Origin: Geosiphon pyriformis uo1
Taxonomy: Eukaryota > Fungi > Glomeromycota
DNA length: 64,000 nt
NCBI GenBank assembly: GCA_016748015.1
Contig: JAAOMT010000518.1
Span: forward strand, 372,001-436,000
Direction of reading: 5' to 3'
Shown here piece after piece: positions 52,701 to 64,000 of the stretch. Positions within the stretch are counted from its first letter, which is position 1. Every line of letters starts with the position of its first letter. A program made the position numbers and the translations under genes. The notes beneath the pieces were generated by a model, which was not told where the DNA came from, searched no databases, and saw nothing but the letters and a program-made list of their open reading frames with translations.

Positions 52701-55700
52701 AAATGGTAAAAAAATTAGATTTGAATAACAAGCTTAAGTTTAATTGTTTTTTTTATACTTGATTAGTTATAAATAATAAAAAGACCTTTAAAATTAACAA
52801 ATTAATACAAAATAGTGTAATTGTTATAAATATTATTAAATATTTGTTATTAATTAAGAAAAAATACAAAAAATTTAACTATTTTAAATCTAAAGTAGCT
52901 GAAGATATATATATCAAAAAAATAATCAAAAAGTGTATAAATAATTTTTGCTTTAATAATATTACTCATAAAAATTAAGAATTATAATAGTAGATAAAAT
53001 AGCTAATCAAAAATAGACATAATAAAAAGAGAAATTCTAAAATTTCTTTTAAGAAATTGCAGAATTTCAGAATTCCAAAATTCTTTTTAAAGAAATTGAA
53101 AGATTTTAAAAAATTTTATATAAAATAATTTATGTATATATAGTAAGAGTATTAGAAGCAAAAAAAGTAATAAAGTTAATTCAATAGAATTTAATAGAGT
53201 TTAAAACAATAATACTTTTTTCTTCAAAAGATAGTTTTCTATAACTTAAAGTAAAATTACATAAAAATATTAATAAAATTATTCATTATTATCCAATCCA
53301 TATTATTATTACTTGATTAAAAAAATATTAAATCACTTTATACTATCAACACTCTATATTAATAAAATTTAATACTTAATTATACTAGACTAATAGCTTT
53401 TGATTATGGCTATTAATAAAATACTAATTTTTTATTTTTTTTTTTATTTTTTTTTATTTTTTTTTGTTTTATTTTTTTGTTGTTTACTAATCAATTAAAA
53501 AAATTAAGTGCTAAGTATTTGACATTAAGAATGGTTTAATAAAAGACTTAAGAACAAAAATAGCTTACCAGAAGGGCATAATTACCAAAATAAACCAGCC
53601 AATATGCTGAAAAAAATCATCAATTGAATTTCTGTTTATTATACAAAGAACTCAACCAAAACTTTTAAACTCCAAAATCTTCAGAAATTACCAATATTCT
53701 TAGTTATTAAGCACTAAGTTACAGATTTATTATTTGTTTTAATATTCCAAATAATCATCTGTAACAATAAAAAGCACATAATAAGAAGTATTTTAAAAAA
53801 ACTATTTTATAAAATAGTATTGAATTATTTAGTAGTAGAAGAAAAATTGGTTTTAGAACCAAAGAAAGTAAGATCTAAAGTTAATAAGATCATAAAAAAA
53901 TAGATAAAAAAATATAAAGTGTTTTAAATGCTATCTGGTTTATAGTTTTATTAATATGTATTTTTGAATTAAATAAAAAATAATGTTTTTTTTAGTTTAA
54001 TAAATAAAATTAATATAAAAAATTTGGTTATAGCAATTAAAGTTTTGTTTAATAGCAAAGTTATTGGTTTATTTAACATATTTAATAAGCTTTAAAAACA
54101 TTGTAACAAAGTAGTTATACAGTATTTTTTGAATTTATTAAATTCTTGTCTGATTTTTAATAATGTTTTAGTTTTGTAAAAAAGAACATAAATTTTAATA
54201 ATTCTTAAGTCTTATGAGTAAGATAATATTTTAATAAATACTTATTTAATTGCACTAATTAAGATGACCAGAAAAATTTTGTTTAAAATTCTGTTAGATA
54301 AAATTTTTTTTATGTATAGTAAATTTAATGTTCTCTATAAAAATAATTTTTTAATTTTAAAGAGTACTTTAATTTAATTTTCTGTGTTTGTTGTTAACTT
54401 AATAATAGAAAATATTTTAAAAAAAAACTAAAAATTTTGGCTCGTATTATAAAATATATGCAAAATTTATAATTTAGTTGGATGGTTCTACTTAAAGACT
54501 AATTTAAGGTGTATTAAAATGTATGACTAGTTTATAAATTTTTTTGAAAACATATACATAAATAGAATTAAAAAGATAATAACAGATTTTGGGTTTTTAA
54601 ATAAGTACAAATACATAATAGACTGAATTAAGGCAAAATTTTTTCATCACTTCTTTAAAGAATTTTTTTGTTAACAAAAAATATATTTAAATTTAGTTTT
54701 ATTAAAGTATATTTAGATATTAAGTTTTTTTCAAATATAGTTTTCAAGAAAATTTTATTAGATAAATTGTTTTTATATTTAATTTTGGTAATTTTACAAC
54801 TTATAGTTGACTATCAAATACAGTTTAGTTTTGTGTTTAAGAATATTAAAAGTAAAATATTATAATAAAAAAAAGCTCAAATTTAAAGCCAATTTGCTTA
54901 AAAATTTTTTTAATAAGACTTTATATTACTTATTTTTATATGAATTGAAGTTTTTCAAGCAAATATAAATAGCAAACAAGATGGCTTAGTAGTTAAGTTC
55001 TTTAATACAATAGAAATTTTTGGCTATTTATTTGAGCACTATTTTTTGAATTTGCAAATTATGAACTAAAGACTTATAAATTTTTTACAGTTTTTAATCA
55101 AGTTAAGAATCAACTTTATTAATAATTATTTGGCAAATATTGTAAAAATATTTTTAAATAATAAAATTTTTTTGGCAATAACTTATTTAATGTTTTTTAT
55201 TTTTTGAAGCACTTAAATGTTGCTTTTGAAAACAAGTTGGTAAACAAGTATAAAGTAATTTTGAATTATTATTGAAAAAAATAAATCTTAAAGACTTAGT
55301 ACTATTATGATTTATTAAGATTTTAGTTTATAAAACTAAATTTTTTAATAATTTTAATAAGATTGCTTTAATTTTTGATTGCTCAAATTTTTTTCTGTTT
55401 GAAAAATTTTTTAAATATTTGTAAATATTTATATAAGTTATAGATAAGAGTAATTAATATATATACTAATAATTTATTAAAAAGCTTAAATATTAAGAAA
55501 ATAACAAATAGAATAATTGTTTATTTTTTTAATATTAAAATAAATATAAATGTTAAAGTTTATGATTTGTTATTTTCTATAATATTTTAATTACAAATAA
55601 TTATGTTATTATTAAAATATGTTCTTTTTTTTTGCTTAGTAGTTTTATATATAAACAACTAAACTATTATAAATATATATATTTTGAAACTTAAATTTTA

Positions 55701-56870
55701 CTTATCTAACTTTTAAAATAAGTATTAAATAAAGAAACATTATATAATTAATTTAATCAAATTAAAAAACATTTTTGTAGTATAAATAAAAATCAAAAGC
55801 CATTCTGAAATTGTTAACAATAATTAAACAAATGTTTTTGTATATAATATAATCTAATTTTAATTAATATTTTTAGTTAGTATATATAAAAAATTTATTA
55901 TAGTTAATAATTTGGTTGTGTTAAGCAATGCTTCTTATTTTGTTTATAATATTTATTGAACTGTTTGTTATGTTTAATAAAAAGCAAGTTTAGATACAGA
56001 GATTATTAATAACTTGTTTATTTAGAACATAAACTGAACTTATATGATCTTGGTTTAATATCTGAATTTTCATATACTTTTTAAATTTACCAGTAAAACT
56101 TTGGCTGTTTTTTACATATATTTAATAAAAATAATCTATAAATAATTATTAATTGCAGTTAAAAAAAAACTTTATGACAAAGATTATTTAAGTATTTTAT
56201 GTTTAATATATAGTAATATTAAATTGTCTAATCATGCTTTTACTTATTCAAAAAATACTATTGTATATTTTTAAATATTACTTAGTTATGTTTAATTATA
56301 GATGTTTTTAGTAAAAGCTTATTCTTTATTATTATCTTTAATGTTATATATATTTTTTTAAGATATTAAATATTGATATTTATATAATTTTGTGCAAAAA
56401 TTTTGTTTTTAAAGATTAGATAAATAAAGTAAAATTAATTTTTAATAATAAAAAAAAGACCAAGTTAATAGTAATTGGTTTTGTTTATTACTTAACTAAA
56501 AATATTACAATATATTGTGATTATTTAAATCTAAATTTAAGATAAATATAAAGAAATATAATTTAATAAATAATATAAATATAATACTTAATATTTTTTG
56601 TGATATGTCTGATTTTTTGTTAATTGAAGTAATCTATTTACTTAATATTATTAAGTTATTTATTGTTAGTTTTAGTTTGTATAAGGCTTGTTTTTTTTTG
56701 GATATAAATAGTAATATAAGAATTTATATAAATATATAATATTATCTTGATTGATTTAAATAGTTAGTTATATATAGTAAGTATATAAATTATATTTAAT
56801 TAAATTTACTTGGTTTGTTTTTATGTATTAAATAATAATTAAACTATATTTGTTAATAAATTTAAATAAA
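49800..56870 (+). mobile_element. Decayed LINE, copy 4, interrupted by a solo LTR and lacking the RT catalytic segment
   Basis: ORF1 region, APE 'KVCCM*Y*GYKH' region at ~51700, RT N-terminal part at 54000-54660, RNase H 'IYTNNLLK' at ~55460, 3' tail at ~56740-56870. Confidence 0.8.
52960..53766 (+). repeat. Solo LTR related to family A, inserted in LINE copy 4
   Basis: T(A)TTACTCATA...CTGTAACA ends. TSD ATAA at 52956-52959 and 53767-53770. Removal restores the LINE frame FNK|KHIIRSIL. Shares blocks such as 'TATACAAAGAACTCAACCAAAAC' with 9759-10489. Confidence 0.88.
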
Positions 56871-57729
56871 AAATAAATATATAAATTCAAGTTATTTACA
56901 AAAAAATATAAATAATAAGAATTAAAACTATTATACTTAAGTAAATAAATTGTTTATTAGTTATTGTCTTATAAAAAACCAAATTACAAAAAAATAAACA
57001 TTTAAATTAACTGTTTTTATATTTAAAAAACTTAAATTAATAGTAAAAAACATGATTTTTAAATATTAATATAAATTACTAAATTTAATAAAAATATTAT
57101 AAATATTTAAGTTTATAATATTAATTTTTTAATTAAAATAACAAATATTTTATTATTATTAATAAAAATATTATTTAAAAAAAATTTTTTTTGGCAATAT
57201 TCAAAATTTTTTAAGTTGTTATATAATAATTGTTAATTTAGATTATATTATTAATAAAAATATTAGTTATAAAATAAATTATCAAGTTTGTAATATAAAT
57301 TAATAAATTAGTTTTGTTAATAAAACAAATATTTATTCTATAATTAAAAAAAAATTGGTTTTTTAATTATAAAATTAATTAATACTTTATTTTTTATGAA
57401 TATTAAAATAAAATAAAAGTTTTTGTAATTGAAAAAAACTTTAGTATTTTTAAATAAATTGTTAAGAAATTAAAAAAAATAATAAGTCTTAAATTAGAAT
57501 GTAATATAAAATAATAAAATTAATAATATTATATTTAATACAGATACAATTTTTTTTGTTTATAAAAAATATTTTAATAAGTTAATAGATTTTTAAAAAC
57601 TATAAAATTCTAATATTAAATTTAAAATAAATAAAACTGTTAAATAATTAACAAATTTAGTTATTAAAAATAAAATTTAATTGTTATTATATAATATATA
57701 ATATTTTTAAATAAGCTTTTTCTTATAAA

Positions 57730-57870
57730 TTTAACTTAATTTAATTTTAATTGGCTTAAATAACTAATTATATATAAAAAATACATAAATTATATCTAAT
57801 TAAAATAATATTTTGCCTTATTGTATTAAATAATAATAGAGTTATACTTTATTAAAACATAATAATAATA
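57730..57870 (+). repeat. Isolated LINE 3'-tail copy followed by (AAT)n
   Basis: 'ttggcttaaataactaattatatataaaaaatacataaattatatcta' matches the tails at 49530-49590 and 56750-56800. Confidence 0.6.
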
Positions 57871-58125
57871 TTTTGCTAAATTATATAAAGTTTTTATAAT
57901 GTATTTTAACTATTATCTTAAATATATATATATTAATATTAATTATATTATTACAATTTGTGCTGAAAAGATTTTTGCAAATTTTATGTTTTTATATTTT
58001 ATTAATATATATATATATACATATTGATACAAATTTATTGTCAGTTCAAATAAGAATAAACATATTGATTTTGAAAAAAAAATGCAAAAACAACAAGTGG
58101 TTTATTTTTTATAAAATCAGCTCTA

Positions 58126-58692
58126 ATAGCAAACTTACTTTTAGAAAACAAATAAGTAGATATTTGTCTAGATTTACAAAATACAAAAGCGAATATGCAA
58201 AATCCAAGTGAATGGGTTTATTTATGCAGTTTCTATTGATTCTGGTATTTGTACACCTTTCTTTTATTATAGGAATAGGTAAAATGGGCCATGAAATATT
58301 GAACATATTGCGTTTATATGGACAATTTGATATCATGAAAAGACAATTTGGCATAATCAACCTTCAGATGCAAAAAGAAGGATAAAAGACTTGACATATA
58401 TGTGGCAAAAAATTACAAGTTTACAAAATGAAATTCATTATATTCTTCACTTGTCATTATTATTCCCCCTTTTTGAACTGTCGAATATGTAAACCAAAAA
58501 ATTAGAGAGATTACACAAAATACAGTTCGAAAATGCTCGGTTGGGCATATTATCAATTTCGACAACGTTTAATAGACATATACGTCTAAAACTGGCAGCT
58601 GATGTGGAAATATCCAAAACATCGGAGGATTCGAAGTGTATAAGTGCCGAAATTGTGGGACTGTAATAGATAGAAATGGCGCTCGAGGAAAT
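58126..58692 (+). pseudogene. Decayed TnpB/Fanzor2-like RNA-guided endonuclease (C-terminal RuvC-ZnF half)
   Basis: In order, across frameshifts: RuvC-I 'YAVSIDSGICTPF' (D at 58238; DPGIRT-like), bridge helix 'QKITSLQNEIH', RuvC-II 'VIIIPPF-ELSNM' (E at 58475), 'VRKMLGWAYYQFRQRLI' (58533), 'YTSKTGS*CGNIQNIGGFEVYKCRNCGTVIDR-NGARG' (58579-58690). Confidence 0.85.
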
Positions 58693-60069
58693 AGTGGTCG
58701 TATTTAGTATTGATGTGTTACAATCCATCAATATTGATTAAAATTGATTTGTTCATTATAGAAAATCAAACAATGAATAAAGAGCAAAAATTTTATTCGT
58801 CTTTCTTGGCTCACTTTGGTAGAGCGTTTGCCTAGTGAGTTAAATGTAGTTTTCCATAACAATGCTGATTTCCTTTTCAAACTTTTCTAGCCATGTTGGT
58901 AAAGATTCGATTTTCAGTAAAATATCTTTTAATTCTGTTTGAACCCAGATTGTATTTCTAAGAATTACTAAAATTGGTAAACAATGGAAACTTATTGTGA
59001 TGAAATTTACATCTTTGGAATTTGGCTTGCCGTATTTTTGCTTTTGGTAAAGCAAAGGCCAACATTTGTTTCTAATAGCGTTTATTCACCACATAGATGG
59101 TTGTGAAAACATCTTTGAGGACCCTTTAAATCTTGTGCTGGTTATCAATTTATGCTGACCTCGGTTAAGTTTCTTTACTTTCTAGGAATTTTTTACATAT
59201 GCAAGCGAAAAACTGAAGTTTGTAGGAAATTACAGGAAGAAATTTACGTCAAATCCTCGATCATAGAATATTTTTTCATGTTAAAATGTGGTAGTAATAG
59301 GAGGCCAGTGGCTATTTCCGCCCTCCTGCAGAGGGAAAAATTGGGTAGCTCGCAGCGTGAATGATAATTATAATAAAAAACAAAAAAATCTTGCAAACAC
59401 CCAGAAGCACCGTGTTTCTTTGCTGTTCTCAATGGTCTAATTCTTAAAAGGTTTGGGGCGACCTGCTAGATTTAGGGTTTTTGTTTGTCAACATTTTTTT
59501 TATTCTACCACCTATTCTGAGTTGTTTTTTGTTGGTAGTCAAGGCTTTTATGCTTTGTCTTGGGCTAGCTACCGACTCTGGTTTCCAAGTTTTTGTTTTT
59601 GTCTTTGGGTTGCTCCTATCGTCACACTTTATACTTTTTATATTTTCATATTTCTCCTTGTCTCCATCCTATACCTTCGTAGTTCGACTTTGTGTAGAAA
59701 ATTCTAAATTCTTTGGAATTCAAAATACAGTCCTGGAATTATCTACAATTGGGAATCTTTTTGACCAAGAAAACCAATTTTAGGTCGTTTTATTAATTCA
59801 CTTCTAAGTATTAGTCTTTTATATTAGCCTTTCAATAAAGAAGTGTGCTTTGCACGAACTTAGGTTGCTTCGTGCACTTTAAATTTTCTTTAAAGTTTCA
59901 TTTATACTCTTCATATCTGGTTCCTTATTTGTCGCTCTTCTCTAATAACCCAGGTATTTTGTGTTAATACTTTTTAGCATTCTGTTAAAATAGTATCCCT
60001 TGTGATACCGTATCCCTTAAAACAATTTTTGCCATTCTGTTTGGTTAAACAAACAAGTTTCTGTAGATA

Positions 60070-63000
60070 ATGACAATTAAAGGTAGACAACTTTTTGTGG
60101 GAAATGTAAGCTTGTGTGCAATTTCTATTCTTCGCCTGGTTTCACTTGTGTTATTGAAAAATCCAGTCTTCTAATTATCATTGGTTTCCTTTAAAAAACA
60201 AATAGCTTCCTTTTGTTGGTGAATATACAATCGCCTTTGATTTTGGATTTTTTACTAGATTCTCAGCTTACTCTGCCTTTATATTTATATTTTCTATTTT
60301 CTAAGTTGGATGGCAGGATTTAAAGGTATTTATTAGTTCTGTGAGACTTTAATAATCTGATTTATAATCAAAGTAAAATTGCTTTTGAGAACACTTCTGA
60401 TTTATTCGAAATATTCGTTCCGTTGCTTAGGATTTATTTAGATCAGCTGGCAGTGTACAACGTGCAAACATTATGCTAGGTCGTGACGGACGATCGAAAG
60501 GACATGGGATTGTGCTTTACGCCACCGTGGCTGATGCTCAAAAAGCTATGGGTAAAATTTAATATACCTCATCTCGAGTTTTGAAATCTCTGGCCATATA
60601 ATAATCCGAGAATTTTTTCAAATTTTTTTTTTACTTTGAAATTTTAAGCAACATTTGATGGGTATGAATGGCATGGCCGAAGATTAGAAGTTCGTGAGGT
60701 ATTAAAACACAATTTTGTCTTAAGTTTATATAATTGCTTTTATATAATAATCTTCATCTCCTTACATTCTAGGATCGAAGTGCGATGGACTTCCCTCCTC
60801 CTCCCCCACGTAGTGAAGGTGCAAACTCTTTGATGAAAAATGAGGTAGATTTAATGTAACTTTGAAAAGCCTTACAAATTTTGTGAACCTAGATTTCTAA
60901 CATTGAATCTCCATTAGATTGAGAACGAAAATCTTTCCTCTTCAAATGGTACAATAAACACATCATCATCATCAATAGTAAATGATATTAGTGTTAATGG
61001 TAATTCTTCAACGCAAGCCTCTTCCCCAATCGAATTTCCATCCGAGAATATCTCTATTGGTAACGGAACTTCAAACGGTACTTATACCTTGGATGAATCC
61101 TCAACATCCACAATTACCAACACAAACGCAAGTAGTATGACCACTGTTGCTGGGTTAAATGGAGTCGGGGGCAATATACAGAGACAGCTTTTTGTCGGAA
61201 ATGTGAGCACACTCTCTATAAATACATACTTAATTGGAAAGTTTGCGATCAATCCATTTATAATCTTCAATTTAAAATGATTGAAAATAATCGTTTATTC
61301 TTTTCATAATAATTTTAGCTACCTTTTCGCGTACGGTGGCAAGATTTGAAGGATTTGTTTCGAAAGGCTGGAACTGTAATACGTGCAGATGTTGCTATGG
61401 GTTACGATAATCGATCTAAAGGTCATGGGACAGTTTTGTTTGCGACCCTAGAAGATGCGAAAAACGCGATTGGTAACGTAAATTTTCTGAAGCTGTGACT
61501 TGATGATTTATAATTTTTTCCGGAAGATTATTGAAAACTTGAGGTTTTTTAAGCCATGTTTCATAATTATAATTGGCAAAGTCGGACTTTGGAAGTACGT
61601 GAAGATCGAGGCTTTGTGGATCCTAATAATGGAACTGGAAGCAACTTTTTCCCAGAAATAACTCGTCGCGTTCATGAACAAGTCTTGAACCAACATTCAC
61701 AAAATCCATTCGCTCCAGGAGCTCCAATGATCGCACCTGGTATATATTATGGTGTAAGTCAAAAATGTTAATCATTTGTAATCAAATGTCATGAATCTTT
61801 TACACTATATAAGCGAGTTATGTTCTCAATCCAAGCCCAGGGGAATACAAACACCTGCACCTAATTACGCTGGACGTTTACTTTTCGTGGGAAATGTGAG
61901 ATTATTTATTGATATATATTTGCTGGGATAATTATTATTTCCTTACATGGCTCATCGATAAATCATTTTCCTTTATATCAAAGCTACCATTCAATTGCCA
62001 ATGGCAAGATCTCAAAGATCTTTTTCGCAATGCTGGTAATATAATTCGCGCAGATGTATCCACAAATTACGATGGAAGGAGCCGTGGGTTTGGTACAGTG
62101 CTGTTTGCCACACCAGAAGATGCTCGTAACGCCGTCGGTAAATATTTTCCGAAGGATTTGTAAACTTTTATTTTCTTAAAAACATGTTTTAAAGAAATGT
62201 TTTGTATGTTATTTAGTAATGTATAATAATCGTGAGTATCAAGGCAGAACGCTACGCGTTCATTTTGATAAATTCGCGTTACCTTCAATCCCACCTCTTC
62301 CTCATCACCCTGGCCCACATATACATCTGGTACAACCGGTACATCCACATCATCGACCTCCTTTGCCTCTAATTCCTCCTCACAATTTTCATATGGGATT
62401 GGCTCCGTCAATGCATCACCCTCATTTTTTACCATCTGCTCATATGGGACCGTTTTCTCCGCCTTTGACTACTCCGCCACCATTAACAAGTCCTCCTCCC
62501 TATCCTGCCACGGCATACAACATATCATTAAACCATTTAGCTTCTACTGTAGCAAATGCTTCAACAAATGGAAGCACACCATTTCAACAAATGACAATGG
62601 TATCCTCTGCGCCTTCACACGGCAGTAACATTCAACACTCAGCAAGTAATAGTACGTCTCAAACTCTTAATCCATCGCAAGATCAATCACTGTCGGCTCC
62701 TTCGTTAGTACAATTCTCTAGTTTTGGTCCTATTGGAAAAAATCATTCCGTTCAAACAGTCAACAATTCATCATCAACATCAAGTTTTGGTTCCGTAAGC
62801 GCATTCCCTAACCCTATTTCTGGAGTAAACAACAACGGGAATTCTAGTACAGGAAACAATAATGCTGAGAATGCTTTAGGTGTTTCTAAAAACGAAAGTC
62901 CTATAATCCAATCTTTAATATCTATGGCTGGTTTACATGTTAATCCAAATCCTCCACAACCACTTTTTTATCATCATCATCATCATCCACATCTCTCACA

Positions 63001-63670
63001 TCACCCGCACCATCGCCCTCCAGTGGTATCCTCAGCTGCCTATCATCACGCTCATGCTTTTGCTGCCGTACATCACCATCAACAACAACAGCAACATCAA
63101 CATCAACATCATCATGCACTCCAACATCAACACCCTCATCCACAAACTAACCATACTCATCATCCACATCATCATCATCATCATCATCATCATCACCACC
63201 CGGGTGCGATTGGTAGTGGAATCGTAGGAGGTAATCATCTTCATCAGCATCTCCCTCATAATATTCCTTATAATTCACAAGTTTCATCGAACTCATCAGT
63301 ATCAGTAGCCGGAGCAAATGGATTACATAATAATTCTTCATCAACTGGGATTACAGATGCGGAAAAAGGAAAAAATGGGAGCAGCTTAGGAACAACCGCT
63401 TCAGTACCCAACGACACCGGAAACTCAAATAACAACTCAAGTGGCAATAATAGCAACAATACTTCGATCTCTTCACCACCACTGATTGTTCCTTCGGCAG
63501 CTATATGGAATAATAATGCTACTAATATGTTAAGTGGAACCTCGAACAGTGTCATTAATGGAGGAATCAGCACAAGCGGTGTGATGAGTATTGAAATGGC
63601 CACTCTGGCTGCGATTGGACCAGTAATTCCTACTGCTGTTCCACAATCGGTTTTCGTGAGAAATATCTAA
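60070..63670 (+). CDS. RNA-binding protein with three RRMs (Gbp2/Hrb1/hnRNP-M-like) and a long His/Pro/Ser/Asn-rich tail (multi-exon)
   Basis: Three repeats of 'LFVGNLPF..WQDLKDLFR.AG...RA.......GRS(K/R)G(H/F)G.V.(Y/F)AT..DA..A' followed by 'GR.L.V' ends; GT-AG junctions keep the frame. Confidence 0.88.
62970..63200 (+). repeat. CAT/CAA trinucleotide low-complexity tract encoding poly-His/Gln
   Basis: HHHHHH, QQQQQHQHQHHH and HHHHHHHHHH runs in ORF 62219-63670. Confidence 0.9.
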
Positions 63671-64000
63671 TATTTGAGGAGGAAATGAGGATTGATTATT
63701 TGAGACTCGGAATTGAAGCAAATTTCTTTAATTTTCGATTTTTCCATAATCCCTTTTTTGTATATAAATAAATGAAAATTTGTCGTAAATTTAGAGCAAT
63801 TGGGGTATGGGTGAGGAACAGACAGAATCAACGGTCACGGGCATCCATAACCGTTCAAGAATGGGTCAGATGGGGTGTAAATAGTCGTATCAGTCAGGTT
63901 TGCGAGATGAACACTATATAGTATAAAATTTTCTGGTTTTAGTTATCCAATTTTTTCATTTGTCCTTTAAAAAATAGTGAAAAATAACAATAAAACTTTC

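Noticed and set aside
58799-58841. tRNA-Thr(AGT)-like 5' half (GGCTCACTTTGGTAGAGCG...CTAGT)
   Set aside because: No convincing T-arm or acceptor 3' strand downstream; the segment folds better as a single hairpin, reported with the omegaRNA candidate.

Overview
Eukaryotic fungal DNA with short spliceosomal introns. The repeat families and gene content look like an early-diverging fungus (Glomeromycotina, possibly Geosiphon-like); this assignment is an inference. The window has two kinds of compartment. Very AT-rich, CpG-depleted blocks of decayed retroelements occupy ~1-13.7 kb and ~35.5-58.1 kb. Gene islands occupy ~14-35.5 kb and ~59-64 kb, with a VTS1/Smaug SAM protein, mitochondrial IF2, the PP1 catalytic subunit, a Kv-type K+ channel, dUTPase, a WD40-like/inositol 5-phosphatase and a 3-RRM His-rich protein. 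Most notable, all read by hand and largely invisible in the ORF track: (1) a nested LINE > solo LTR > Ty3/Gypsy element. The Gypsy pol carries a dUTPase, and its 5'LTR-gag-protease region is replaced by an antisense 1.2-kb cargo encoding a decayed tobamovirus(TMV)-like coat protein with a Gly-rich tail, a candidate endogenised RNA-virus gene. (2) A decayed TnpB/Fanzor2-like RNA-guided nuclease gene at ~58.1-58.7 kb followed by a run of hairpins (candidate omegaRNA). (3) An ORF1-only non-autonomous element sharing the LINE 3' tail. (4) Transition-only (24/24) divergence of the paired LTRs, including non-CpG sites. Family assignments rest on remembered motifs, not database searches.
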